Shown here: positions 1 through 11,675 of the stretch, one piece after another
How the letters are laid out: the number at the start of each line of letters is the position of its first letter
Numbering within the stretch: position 1 is the stretch's first letter
Assembly: GCF_006345805.1 (NCBI RefSeq)
Contig: NC_042999.1
Span: forward strand, 148,304,001-148,368,000
Direction of reading: 5' to 3'
Length of the DNA stretch: 64,000 nt
Source of the DNA: Octopus sinensis
Lineage: Eukaryota
Notes under the pieces: model-generated
Databases searched by the model: none
What the model saw: the letters and a program-made list of their open reading frames with translations, nothing else
What the model was told of the DNA's origin: nothing
Position numbers and translations under genes: made by a program

Positions 1-625
1 GGCGGACTGATAGCCAGAGATATTTTACATTTAAAATATAGTTTATTTTATTACAATTAGCTATCAATTTAAAATAGTATCTACTTTGGAATTGGTAATT
101 GACAAGAAACAAAAACTTTAAATTTAGTTGATAAAGTTATTCATACGTAAAAAGAAACTAAACAAAATGAAAATTTTTTAAAAGTAAGTTTTTCCCTAAT
201 TTTTCAGTTGATCCTGCAAATAAAGCTTAAAGACGAAGACAAAGAAATCCTTAGAAACACATGCTTTTCCATGTTTGTATGAGCTAGACAGAATTTGTAG
301 AAGCAAATTTCCTACAGCTAGATGCCCTTCCTATTGCCAACGCTCACTTGTTTTCAAGCAACGTAATATTTCCATATGACCAAATAGGTTTTATTTGGAA
401 GACTGGGAAAAAATGACACAGCTTGTATGTTAGTAAGGGCATCCAGCTGTAGAAGCCAAGCCAAAATAGACTATGGGACCTGGGGCTGCTTTTGGCCTTG
501 CCAGCTCTTGTTAAGCTATCCAACCCATACCAGCATGGAAAACATGTTAAATGATGATGATAATGATACTGATTAATCTTCAACAGAACTGATTAATGTT
601 TAGGAATTATCTGATAGCTACTTAC

Positions 626-715
626 CCTCGGACAGGAATTTGGTTTTCTTGTGCTGCTTTTGTCACGCCTTCAAACCGTTTCAGGCTTTCTTCAATGGAA
701 CAATTGATATTTTTT
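626..715 (-). CDS. HMGCL: HMG-CoA lyase, coding exon 6 (gene continues beyond the left edge)
   Basis: KNINCSIEESLKRFEGVTKAAQENQIPVR(G), GTAAGT donor at 625; acceptor lies among A-runs so the start is approximate. Confidence 0.9.
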
Positions 716-1219
716 CTTTTTTGTAGGAAATGAAAAAAAGAAAACAGAAACACAAAGATCATCATTATCCCATATCTAAAAGTTACAGAAAAAGAAAATA
801 TCTACGGCAAATAAATACATGCCCCAGCATCTATTGTAGCTTTATTTATAGATCACATCTAACTATTGTTGCAATATGTTGACAAAATCTATTTCAACAA
901 CTTTTGCACAAAAAAAAAAACCAACAAAAAGAAAAGAACATTAGGAAAACCTGCAGAAAAACCGCCCTCCGGGAGGTTTTCTGCTTACATTTGTATTGCA
1001 CACTGATATTATATACACATATAGATGTGATACATAGATTATAAAGTAAATTGACAATATGCACATGAATTGAACAAAGATTCTGTGATAGTTTATTCTG
1101 TAATCAGTAAAATAATCCATGATTAATATTTATAATTTCTTCAATGTAATATGACTTTTCTAAAACATGGGGAAAAAAAAAAATGAAAATAGTCCCACAC
1201 TTCTTCAATCATATGATAG

Positions 1220-1268
<49 letters not shown>

Positions 1269-2162
1269 TTTTTTTCTTTCCGCTTTATTATATTTTTTAC
1301 AGAGATGTACATGCATAGCAAGTGACATCATGTGAGATAGTGTATATCTATCTATCTAGCTTTCTCTCTCTCTCCCTCATATATATATATATATATATGT
1401 ACACACACATACACCTACTCACATTTATGATTTTTTTCTTAGGCATAGCGATACTAATAGCCTACTGTTAGAACCCAATATACATATGGTTTAGAGTAAA
1501 GTGTTGGGTAAGTACACGGCATAATATCAATTATAATGAAACAGGAATTACATAATCAACTTTATTAGCTTACAGCTGTTTCTGCAACAAGAAGTCGTGC
1601 ATAACATTCCCATTGAATGGGACACCAGTTCATCATTGGACAAGTGTCCCATTCTGCTGAGTGGACTGGAGCAATGTGAAATGAAATGTTTTGCTTGCTC
1701 AAGAACACAATGCACTGCCTAGTCTGGGACTCGAAACTATAAGTTTGTAATGAGTTTAACACCCTAGCCACTAAGCTATATATAATATACCATCCGATCG
1801 TGGCCGTTTGCCAGCCTTGTCTGGCACGTAAAAAGCACCCACTACACTCATAGAGTGGTTGGCATTAGGAAGGGCATCCAGCCGTAGAAACACTGCCAGA
1901 TCAAACTGGGCCTGGTGCAGCCTTCTGTGTTCCCAGACCCCAGTTGAACCATCCAACCCATGCCAGCATGGAAAGCGGACGCTAAACGATGATGATGATG
2001 TATATATATATTCTTTTATTTGTTTGTTTTAGCCATGTAGATGCAGACATGCTGGAGTAATTTTGTCTATTCATGGTGGGAGGAGATTTTTTTTTTAAAG
2101 CAAACTGATGCAATGAGACAAAAGAGGCTGAGAGCCATTGCTGTAATGGAATAAAAACTCAC

Positions 2163-2221
2163 TTGCTGAAAGATTCAGATGCAGCACCAAAGATTGCAAC
2201 TTCATCAGCATTGGCTTTGAG
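2163..2221 (-). CDS. HMGCL: HMG-CoA lyase, coding exon 5
   Basis: TTCAG...GTGAGT, 59 bp; LKANADEVAIFGAASESFS(K). Confidence 0.93.
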
Positions 2222-2474
2222 CTGAAGAATAAGAAAAAGTTATTTTCAGAAAAATAAGAGACAGTGGGTGAAAACATGACACATTTGAATATTGAACCAA
2301 ACACAAGTAAAATTTCTCCAGGCTTCCCTTCATCATTTCTTTGAAAACACTTTTCGACGAGCAAAAATAGATAACACCCACAATCACACGGGTGACTAGC
2401 TGGTATTAGAAAGGTCATTTTAACCATAACAATAGAAATGCAAGCATTAGTGTATCCTTGAGAAGTTTGCTGTC

Positions 2475-2520
<46 letters not shown>

Positions 2521-3812
2521 CGAGGGATGTTCAATAAGTAATCCCCCTGACCCACTTGCAGTTGTTTGATCTAGCTGAAATTTTGCATGTGCAATTATTT
2601 ATATCTCCATCGATTAAGCGGCAAATTACAGTTCTGAACTGATTGTGGTTTCTGATTTACAGGTGTTTGAACTGAGTCAAGTGTGAAATGGAGCCTGTTG
2701 AGTGTCGAGCAGTGATCCGGTTTTTGTATTTGAAAGGACGCACACCACAGGAGACTTTTGATGAAATGAAAGTAACTTATGGTGATGATGCTCCATCATA
2801 TGACCTTGTAAAATGCTGGCATCGTGAATTCAAACATGGTCGGAACTCTGTGGAAACAGCTCCCAGATCTGGTCAACCCCCTTCTGCCATTGATGAGGCA
2901 TCTGTCCGTCAAGTTGAAGCTGCCATTTTGGAAGATCGACGCATAACAATTCGCCAAATAGCCCATCAGGTCAAGATTAGTACCGGGTCTGTGGAAACTA
3001 TCATTCATGACCATTTGCATATGCAAAAGGTGTCTGCCAGATGGATTCCCAGGTTGCTCACACCTTTCCAGAAGCAAGAACGCGTCAAGTGCTTGAGGAT
3101 GAATTTGGAGATGTGCCAAGAAGATGAGTCAAAATTTTTCAAAAGACTGATTACACAGGATGAAACCTGGGTTCATCACTATGATCCAGAGACCAAAGCC
3201 CAGTCAATGCAGTGGAAGCGCCGTGACTCACCTCCTCCAAAGAAGGCAAGGGTGTAGCTCTCCGCTAGCAAGGTCATGCTCACAGTCTTCTGGGACCAGG
3301 ACGGAGTAGTGAAGACAGATTTCCTGGCAAAGGGTACCACAATTACAGGAGCCTATTATGCTTCACTTTTGAGGAAATTAAGAGAAGCTATCAAAATCAA
3401 GAGGCGGGGCAAGATCAGAAAAGGCATCCTCCTCCTGCAGGACAACGCTCCGGTCCACAACTCGCGTGTCGCCAGATCAGAAGCACAGGCATGTGACTAT
3501 GAACTCCTCCCCCATCCCCCAACTCTCCTGACCTTGCACCCTCTGATTTTCACCTCTTCCCAGCCATGAAGTTGTTTTTGAAAGGAAAGCGTTTCCCAGA
3601 TGATGCAGCCTTGATTTCTGAAGTCACGTCGTGGTTGGAGGACCAAGCTGGGGTCTTCTACAAAAACTGTCTCCAGAGCTGCATCAAACGATGGGAGAAA
3701 TGTGTAACTCTGGGTGGTTCCTATGTAGAAAAAGACTAATAACTGTGCTAAATTTCGTTGCTCTACTCCTATGGGAAGTGGGTCAGGGGCATTACTTATT
3801 GAACGCCCCTCG
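2521..3812 (+). mobile_element. Full-length mariner element with disrupted transposase
   Basis: About 37-bp TIRs (CGAGGGATGTTCAATAAGTAATCCCCCTGACC and its near reverse complement at 3781-3812), TA on both sides; transposase motifs WIPRLL, ITQDETWVH, LLQDNAPVH broken by a stop at 3255 and a frameshift near 3520. Confidence 0.95.
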
Positions 3813-4182
3813 TATATATATATATATATATATCATCATCATCATCATCATCATTGTTTAACGTCCGTTTTCCATGCTAGCATGGCTTGGACGGTTCGAC
3901 CGGGATCTGGGAAGCCAGGAGGCTGCACCAGGCTCCAGTCTGATCTGGCAGTGTTTCTATTGCTGGATGCCCTTCCTAACACTAACCACTCCGTGAGTGT
4001 AGTGTGTGCTTTTTACGTGCCACCAGCACAGGAGCCAGAGGAGGCCGGTAAACAGCCACGATTGGTTGGTGCTTTTACATGTCACCGACACGGACGCCAG
4101 TCAGGCAGCACTGGTATCTACCACATTCGGATGGTGCTTTTAAGGTGTCACCAGCACAGGTATCTTAACTATATATATATAT

Positions 4183-6406
4183 ATTACAGGGGTATCAAGC
4201 TGCTGGATCAGGTAATGAAGGTTACGGAGAGGGTTATAGCCCAACTAATTAGAGAGAGAGTTAGCCTAGATCAGATGCAGTTTGGGTTCGTGCCAGGGAA
4301 AAGTACTACTGATGCTATTTTCATGGTAAGACAGCTGCAAGAGAAATACCTAGCCAAAGACAAGCCCCTATACCTGGCTTTTGTTGATATGGAGAAAGCC
4401 TTCAACAGGGTCCCCCGATCCCTCATCTGGTGGTCAATGAGGAAACTAGGGATAGATGAATGGTTAGTGAAAGCTGTACAAGCCATGTACAGAGACGCTG
4501 CTAGTAAGGTGAGGGTTGGCACTGAGTACAGAGAAGAATTCAGGGTAGAGGTTGGGGTCCACCAAGGTTCAGTCCTCAGTCCCCTCCTATTTATCATAGT
4601 CCTCCAGGCAATAACGGAGGAATTCAAGACAGGATGCCCCTGGGAGCTCCTCTATGCTGATGACCTTGCTCTAATTGCTGAGTCTCTATCAGAACTAGAG
4701 GAGAAGTTTCAGGTATGGAAACAAGGTTTAGAATCGAAGGGCCTTAGAATCAACCTAGCCAAAACCAAAGTCCTAATAAGTAGGAAGGTAGACCAATCAC
4801 AAACGCCTTCAGGTAGATGGCCCTGCTCGATCTGTAGAAAAGGTGTAGGTAGAAACTCTATAAGATGCACCAAGTGTAAGCTATGGACACATAAGAGGTG
4901 CAGCAATGTCAAAGGAAGGCTAACTAGGAAGATGGTTTTTGTATGTGGCAGATGCTCAGGAACAATTAACACTGAAAATGCTCTGAGACCAACTTCCGTC
5001 ACTTTCCAGGGAGAAAAGCTAGAAGTAGTTGATAGTTTCCGTTACCTAGATGACCAAGTCAGTAGCGGGGGCGGGTGCGCTGAAAGTATAACTGCTAGAG
5101 TAAGAATAGCCTGGGCAAAGTTTAGAGAGCTCTTACCCCTGCTAGTGACAAAAGGCCTCTCGCTCAAAGTAAAAGGCAGACTATATGATGCATGTGTACG
5201 TACAGCCATGCTACATGGTAGTGAAACTTGGGCTGTGATTGCTGAGGATTTGCGTAAGCTCGCAAGAAATGAAGCTAGTATGCTCCGGTGGATGTGTAAC
5301 GTCAGTGTTCATAATCGACAGAGTGTAAGTACCTTGAGAGAAAAGTTGAACCTAAGAAGCATCAGTTGTTGTGTGCAAGAGAGACGTATGCGCTGGTATG
5401 GTCATGTGATGAGAATGGCTGAAGATAGTTGTGTGCGAAAGTGCCACACCCTGGCAGTTGAGGGGACCTGTGGAAGAGGTAGACCCAGGAAAACCTGGGT
5501 CGAGGCGGTGAAGCACGACCTTCGAACTTTAGGTCTCACCAAGGAAATGACCAGTGACCGAGACCTTGGAGGTATGCTGTGCGTGAGAAAACCCGGCAAG
5601 ACCAGTGAGAACAGTCAAAATCAAGATCAAACCAAATTGAGGTCGATCAACATCAGGGCCCCCGTGCAGGTGACACGTAAAAGTACCATCCGTTCGTAGC
5701 CGTTTGCCAGCCCTGTCTGTCCCCCGTGTCGGTGGCACGTAAAAGCACCATCCGTTCGTGTTCGTTGCCAGCCTGGCCTGGCCCCCGTGCCGGTGACACG
5801 TAAAAGCACCATCCGTTTGTGGCCGTTTGCCAGCTCTGTCTGGCCCCCGTGCCGGTGACACGTAAAAGCACCATCCGCTCGTGGCCGTTTGCCAGCTCTG
5901 TCTGGCCCCTGTGCCGGTGACACGTAAAAGCACCATCCGTTCGTGGCCGTTTGCCAGCCCTGTCTGGCCCCCATGTCGGTGACATGTAAAAGCACCATCC
6001 GTTTGTGGCCGTTTGCCAGCCCTGTCTGGCCCCCATGTCGGTGACATGTAAAAGCACCATCCGTTCATGTCCGTTTGCCAGCCTGTCTGGCCCCCGTGTC
6101 GGTGACATGTAAAAGCACCATCCGTTCGTGTCCATTGCCAGTCTTGCCTGGCCCCCGTGCCGGTGACACGTAAAAGCACCATCCGTTCGTGGCCGTTTGC
6201 CAGCTCTGTCTGACACCTGTGCGGGTGGCATGTAAAAAGCACCCACTACACTCACGGAGTGGTTGGCGTTAGGAAGGGCATCCAGCCGTAGAAACACTGC
6301 CAGATCTGACTGGGCCTGATGAAGCTTTCCAGCTTCACAGACCCCAGTTGAACCGTCCAACCCATGCTAGCATGGAGAACGGACGCTAAATGATGATGAT
6401 GATGAT
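4183..6406 (+). mobile_element. 5'-truncated RTE-clade LINE: RT with internal PHD finger, ~61-bp tandem array in 3' UTR, (GAT)n tail
   Basis: QFGFVPGKST, AFVDMEKAF, GVHQGSVLSP, LYADD motifs; CRKCHTL...GRGRPRKTW RTE-type C-terminus; one frameshift near 5565; (GAT)n tail. Confidence 0.95.
5660..6240 (+). repeat. About 9 tandem ~61-bp units in the RTE 3' UTR
   Basis: Repeated GGCCGTTTGCCAGCYCTGTCTGGCCCCCRTGYCGGTGACACGTAAAAGCACCATCCGTTCGT. Confidence 0.92.
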
Positions 6407-7202
6407 ATATATACATACATACATACACAAGGATATGTTGTGGGGATAAGAGTCAATGAGGCAGATTGGAGATAGAGGGGAGTGGGGCACAGTGAATGGT
6501 GAGCATTGGTGAGAGAAAAGGAATGGTGTTGGGAAGATGGGATGTGAGGGAGTTTTGTAAGGGATCTCATCTAACCCATCAACTATCTATGAACACATTA
6601 GTTACACACCCACTAGGTTTAGCAGTGTAACAATTGAATAGTTGATGAGCTAGATAAAGTGCTGATGGAAAGGCAATAAGCCTTGAAATAGGTATATATC
6701 AAAACACTGGAAAATGTTGCTAATCACTGTTTCCATCACTTTGAGATGTTAGAAGTGAAAGCTTATGCAACATCACTTCAGTTTCTTAGCAGATTACCAG
6801 ATGCAACTTTGAATTACCACAGCATGTTATAATCAATTATAATAGACGTTAGGAAGGGCATCCAGCTGTAGAAACTCTGTCAGATCAAGAATGGAGCCTG
6901 GTGTAGCCATCTGGTTCGCCAGCCCTTAGTCAAAATCGTCCAACCCATGCTAACATGGAAAGCGGAGGTTTGATGATGATGATGATGATGATGAATAGAG
7001 TTAAAATGTCTCAGTGTTTCAAATGGTAGAAAATTTTTTTTTAAATGAAGACTTTACATTTATAAACTAACAATTTGTGAGAGTGCAGAAACTGGTACTA
7101 TAGTAGAAGGTACCTGAAGAGTTGATCCCAAGATTAAATTATTTAACTGAAAAGAAGTTTCTAGAGATTTATGACAGTTATGAAAATGTTATGAAGGTTT
7201 AA

Positions 7203-8284
7203 CCCTTTCATTACTATATTTCTGACCAAATTACACCCCTTATGTGTTTCAATTAATTTCTAACGTAATCATAAATTTAGTCTGGTTTCATTAAACAACT
7301 ATAACTTTTTTATTTATTGATATATTAATCTGATTTTTGGAAGATAATTTAATGAAATATTCTCAACCAATTCTATACTATAATTTTTGTCACAAAGTGA
7401 CTCTATTTGCAGGTAGATACAGGTAAATTCCACAAAATATAAAATTATTAAAATTTTGTTCAAACATCGCTATAGAAAATATTAGCTAATATTCAATTGG
7501 GTATACAACAAAATTTTACGATAGAATTTTTTATTCTGGGTAACTTTCTGATACCAATAATAATATTTATGGCAAAATAGGCCTTAATTTCATTTAAGGT
7601 TGTGGGAAATAACAAACTATCCTTTCTTTCGTTTTGTTTACGTTTAGCGTAACGGTTCGTTTTCGCTGTAATGATTTCAAATAGGCTCATTTGAAAAAGT
7701 AAATAGAAATAGCCTAAGGCTTTACCCTTCTGGGAAAGTCTGTGGCTTGGTCCAGTTTCTGCAGAAAAATCACCGAAAGAAACAGTTTTTAAATTTTCAC
7801 TCCATTCAGGTGCCAATTCGTTTTCTTTATCGCTATCGGAGATCTCAGATTCACTGTTTTCACTTTCGGAAAATGAAACATCAAATTCATTATCAAATAC
7901 CATGTGCTTTTTTTTTTCAGTCATAGAGTTAGATTTATGAAGGTCTTCAGTAGAAAATCCTTCGAATTCTGACTCGCTGCTTGATATAATGAAATTCGTA
8001 TCCATTTTTTGTCAGAATTACAAATTTTGAAAACACAATAGGAACAAATTTCGGAAAAAAATCTCCCAAAATTCACGGAATTAAAATTACACTTCGATTA
8101 TTGTACAAAACTGTAGTTGAACTGTTTACGAAGTATAATACGTGTTTTCACGAATGTACTGAAGAGATTTGCTCTGATATTCTCATTTAAATATGAATAG
8201 GTAAATTCGGGCGGCTTTGGGCGGTTTGTTTTCATAAACCAAAATCTTTTTCGGGCGGCTTTGGGCGGTTTGGTAACGAAAGGG
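7203..8284 (-). mobile_element. Internally deleted piggyBac element retaining the transposase N-terminus
   Basis: TTAA|CCCTTTCATTAC ... GTAACGAAAGGG|TTAA; ORF 7493-8005 with acidic N-terminus and ITAKTNRYA...PTTLNEIKAYFAINIIIGIRKLP (PGBD-like). Confidence 0.9.
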
Positions 8285-8343
8285 TTAAATAAAGACTTTC
8301 TCCACAAATCAAGCAGAAAAATAGATTAGCACAGTATACTCAC

Positions 8344-8439
8344 AGCACCTTCAAATCCCTTGAGATTAGGAGTTAACACAGAGTAGATAACATTACTATG
8401 TCTTTGAATACCAGCCATCACTTCCTCATGATCACCTAG
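8344..8439 (-). CDS. HMGCL: HMG-CoA lyase, coding exon 4
   Basis: GACAG...GTGAGT, 96 bp; [32 protein letters not shown] (VLTPNLKGF motif). Confidence 0.96.
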
Positions 8440-9616
8440 CTGTCAAGAAAGAAAATAGAGAAGATATGTTAAAAATTTTTAAAAATACATCTAGATGAAA
8501 GATTCGTTTTCATTTTTATATATTTTACAAATATTTCTCTGAACAAGAAATGGTTGGAAGATTCTGGAAAGGTTAAAATTGTAGAAATTCAAATGTTTTT
8601 ACCCTGATTTTGAAACCACTGCATCTTTAACTCTAATTCTTAAACCTTGTACATAAAAATGGAATTTAATGGAATTTGGTTTTGGAGATTTGGAGTTAAA
8701 AATCTAAATGTAATATATAAAGGCATTGAGGAACCCAAATTCAACACATTTTTAAAGCAATTATAAATTAAAAAGCAAGAATACATTCTATTGCTAATGG
8801 ATAACAATTCCATGGATTCCTTGTAGAAATCTTGCACTTCTGAATTTGAAATTTCACATAACTATTGGCAAGATTTTGCAGGTTTTGGTAAATAAGCTTT
8901 ATTTACCAAAATATAGGCAGGCTGTGTGACAAGAAGTATGCTACCCAAACATATGGTTCCAGATTCAGTCCCTCTATGTGACACCTTGGGCAAGTGTCTT
9001 CTACTATAGCCACAGGCCAACGAAAGCTTTGTCAGAGGATTTGGTAGAATGAAATCAAAAGCAGCTTTTGTGTGTGTGTGTGCGTGCATGCGTGTGTGTA
9101 TATCTCTCTCTCCCCTTGTTTTGATATTGCATAACAGTTGTAGTATGATTGTCACTTTCAAACAAGTAGTGTCATTCATTTCCCATAGTCTAGAACATGT
9201 GTGGCCAAGGAGAAATACCTTGCTCAGAAACAGCTGCGGATTGGCAACAGGATGGGTATCCAACCTTGGAAAAATCTACTTCAATAAACTCCATCTGACC
9301 CATGCAAGCATGAAAAAGTGGACATTAAAATGATGATGATAATGATTTATCCTTGCTAAATATGAATTTGTAGATTTCAAATATAAAACAAAGAAAGAAT
9401 TCAACCAGAAGCTGAACTTACAATGATCTCAACCATTATTGCTGTCAATATCAATTTTGGTGGAGCCTGTTTTGTTTTTAACCAAAATAGAAGCATTCCT
9501 AGAATACAATACACTGAAAGTAACATTGAAGCTTTCAGCAACTCTGTATAACACCTTTAGCACTCTAGAACATTATCTAGGAACAACTTGAACAGTGAAT
9601 ATTACATTTGGCTAAA

Positions 9617-10462
9617 CTATTCATTATTTATGTTGCATATGGCTGAGGACAGCTGTGTAAAGAAGTGCCAGTCTCTAACTGTGGAGGGAACCTGTGGTAG
9701 AGATATGCCCAGGAAGACATGGGACAAGGTGGTGAAGCAGACCTTCCAACTTCGGGCCTCACAGAGGCAATGACTAGTGACCAAGACCTTTGGCAATATG
9801 CTGTACTTGAGAAGACCCATCAAGCCAACTGAAATTGTAGTCATGGCAGATACTGGTGTCACGTAACTGGCACCCATGCAGGTGGCATGAAAAACGCACC
9901 TTTCGAGCATTGGACCTCACAGAGGCAAGGTGACCGATGCCGGTGGTATATAAAAAGTGTCTTTCGAGTGTTGGGCCTTACGGAGGCAATGACAAGTGAT
10001 CGAGACCTTTGGCATTATGTCATGCTTGAAAAGAAGACCCATCAAGCCAAGTGGAATCGTAATCATGGCAGATATTGGTGTTACGCAAATGGCACCCATG
10101 CCAGTGGCACGTAAAAGCACCCATGATACTCTTGGAGTGGTTGACATTAAAGAAGGGCATCCAGCGTAGAAAGCACGCCAAATCAGACTAAAGTCTAGTA
10201 CAGCCTTCCAGCTTGCCAGCCCTGATCAAACTGTCCAACCCATGCCAGCATGGACAACGGACGTTAAATGATGATGATGATTCTTTATCAAAACAATGAC
10301 AGCATCAACTCTTGGAGTGGTTGACATTAAAGAAGGGCATCCAGCATAGAAAGCACGCCAAATCAGACTAAAGTCTAGTACAGCCTTCCAGCTTGCCAGC
10401 CCTGATCAAACTGTCTAACCCATGCCAGCATGGACAACGGACGTTAAATGATGATGATGATT
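9617..10462 (+). mobile_element. RTE 3' fragment with duplicated internal segment and ~180-bp tandem duplication of the terminal tail
   Basis: MAEDSCVKKCQSLTVEGTCGR RTE C-terminus; tail block at about 10129-10308 repeated at about 10309-10480. Confidence 0.85.
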
Positions 10463-10508
10463 CTTTATCAAAACAATGACCATCAGTATTTGACATGATT
10501 TAAGTTAA

Positions 10509-10723
10509 CCCTTTGACATACAGATTGCTTTGTCAAATGTAATACTTATTTATTCACAGTTTTGAATTAATCATGCATTATCTCATAACTTTGAGATTGC
10601 AATGACTGATTGTTTATTTTTGTATACATTGCAGGGTAGGTATGAGAGGCCAGATCTGGCTGGTTTGAATACAAAACAGATAGAATATTTTGGCTGGATA
10701 TGGTCAGTTTAAATGCTAAACGG
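10509..10723. mobile_element. piggyBac-type MITE, ~215 bp
   Basis: TTAA|CCCTTTGACAT ... ATGCTAAACGG|TTAA, imperfect TIRs, no ORF. Confidence 0.75.
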
Positions 10724-10969
10724 TTAAACAAAGTTGAATTACTGAAAGACATGATGCAGCAATTGACAGAATTCAAACTGCTGACTTACCATGACAACAA
10801 CTCTAGTTTTGTGTAGGCAGATCAATAACCTAATGCCAATTCTCCTTTGGAAAATTAATACCTTTGGGATAAACCTGAAAATCACAATTTCACACACTAA
10901 ATATATTACCACTAATGTACCTACCACACACATATCTCATTCAAACAAATATAAGGAATGTTGACTTAC

Positions 10970-11077
10970 TTGTGGCACCCATTTGGGTGAAACAAAACTT
11001 GTTACTTCGATATTAGAAAAACCTGCCTGGGACAGTTTGTTAATAAATTCAATTTTTGTTGCAGTTGGTATCTTAGT
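10970..11077 (-). CDS. HMGCL: HMG-CoA lyase, coding exon 3
   Basis: TTTCAG...GTAAGT, 108 bp; TKIPTATKIEFINKLSQAGFSNIEVTSFVSPKWVPQ (SFVSPKWVPQ motif). Confidence 0.97.
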
Positions 11078-11548
11078 CTGAAATTAGAGGCACAGAAAAG
11101 GTAGGGTTTACATGTGTGTGTGTGTGTATGTACGTACGTACATACATGTTTGTTGTTATGTCAAGTTTATTCTTAATAAAGAAATCATTACATATGGCAT
11201 TAATAACATCTATGTGTACGTCTCATTTATCAGTCTGTAAGAAGCATGTGTGTGTATAGAGATATGTGTGTATATATAAATAGATATATATGCATGTCTA
11301 TATAAATATATATGCATATGCGTGTATATAAATGCATGTGTGTTGTCATTCAAATGACACTCATGCTGATGGCACATAAAAGCACCCATTACACTTTTGG
11401 AGTGGTTGGCATTAGGAAGGGTATCCAGCCGTAAAAAACATGCCAAATCAGCCTGGCGTCTGGTGCAGCCTTCAAGCTTGCCAGCTCTGGTCAAACCACT
11501 CAACCCATGCCAACATGGACAGCAGACATTAAAAGCTGATGATGATGA

Positions 11549-11600
<52 letters not shown>

Positions 11601-11616
11601 TATATATATATGGCCA

Positions 11617-11675
11617 GATAACTGAAGAGATGGTGGTGTGGATTTCCACAGCATCTGAAACTCAGAGTTTCATCT
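11617..11675 (+). ncRNA. Degenerate or variant hammerhead-like motif
   Basis: CUGAAGA (11622-11628), GAUG..UGUGG/CCACAGCAUC stem, GAAAC, GUU triplet, stem I 4 of 5 pairs; one extra base before GAAA. Confidence 0.4.

Noticed and set aside
3771-4182. N-terminal part of the 642-aa ORF as a novel RT-associated domain
   Set aside because: It is chance read-through of a mariner TIR, a microsatellite and an antisense RTE tail; real RT homology starts near 4183.
5529-6360. Repetitive minus-strand ORFs, or a CRISPR-like array
   Set aside because: They come from the RTE 3' tandem array; units are contiguous with no unique spacers and no cas genes in this eukaryotic DNA.
8640-8837. ORF containing FLTPNLQ, resembling [13 protein letters not shown]
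   Set aside because: The true exon with correct splice sites and full similarity is at 8344-8439; this match is short and unsupported.
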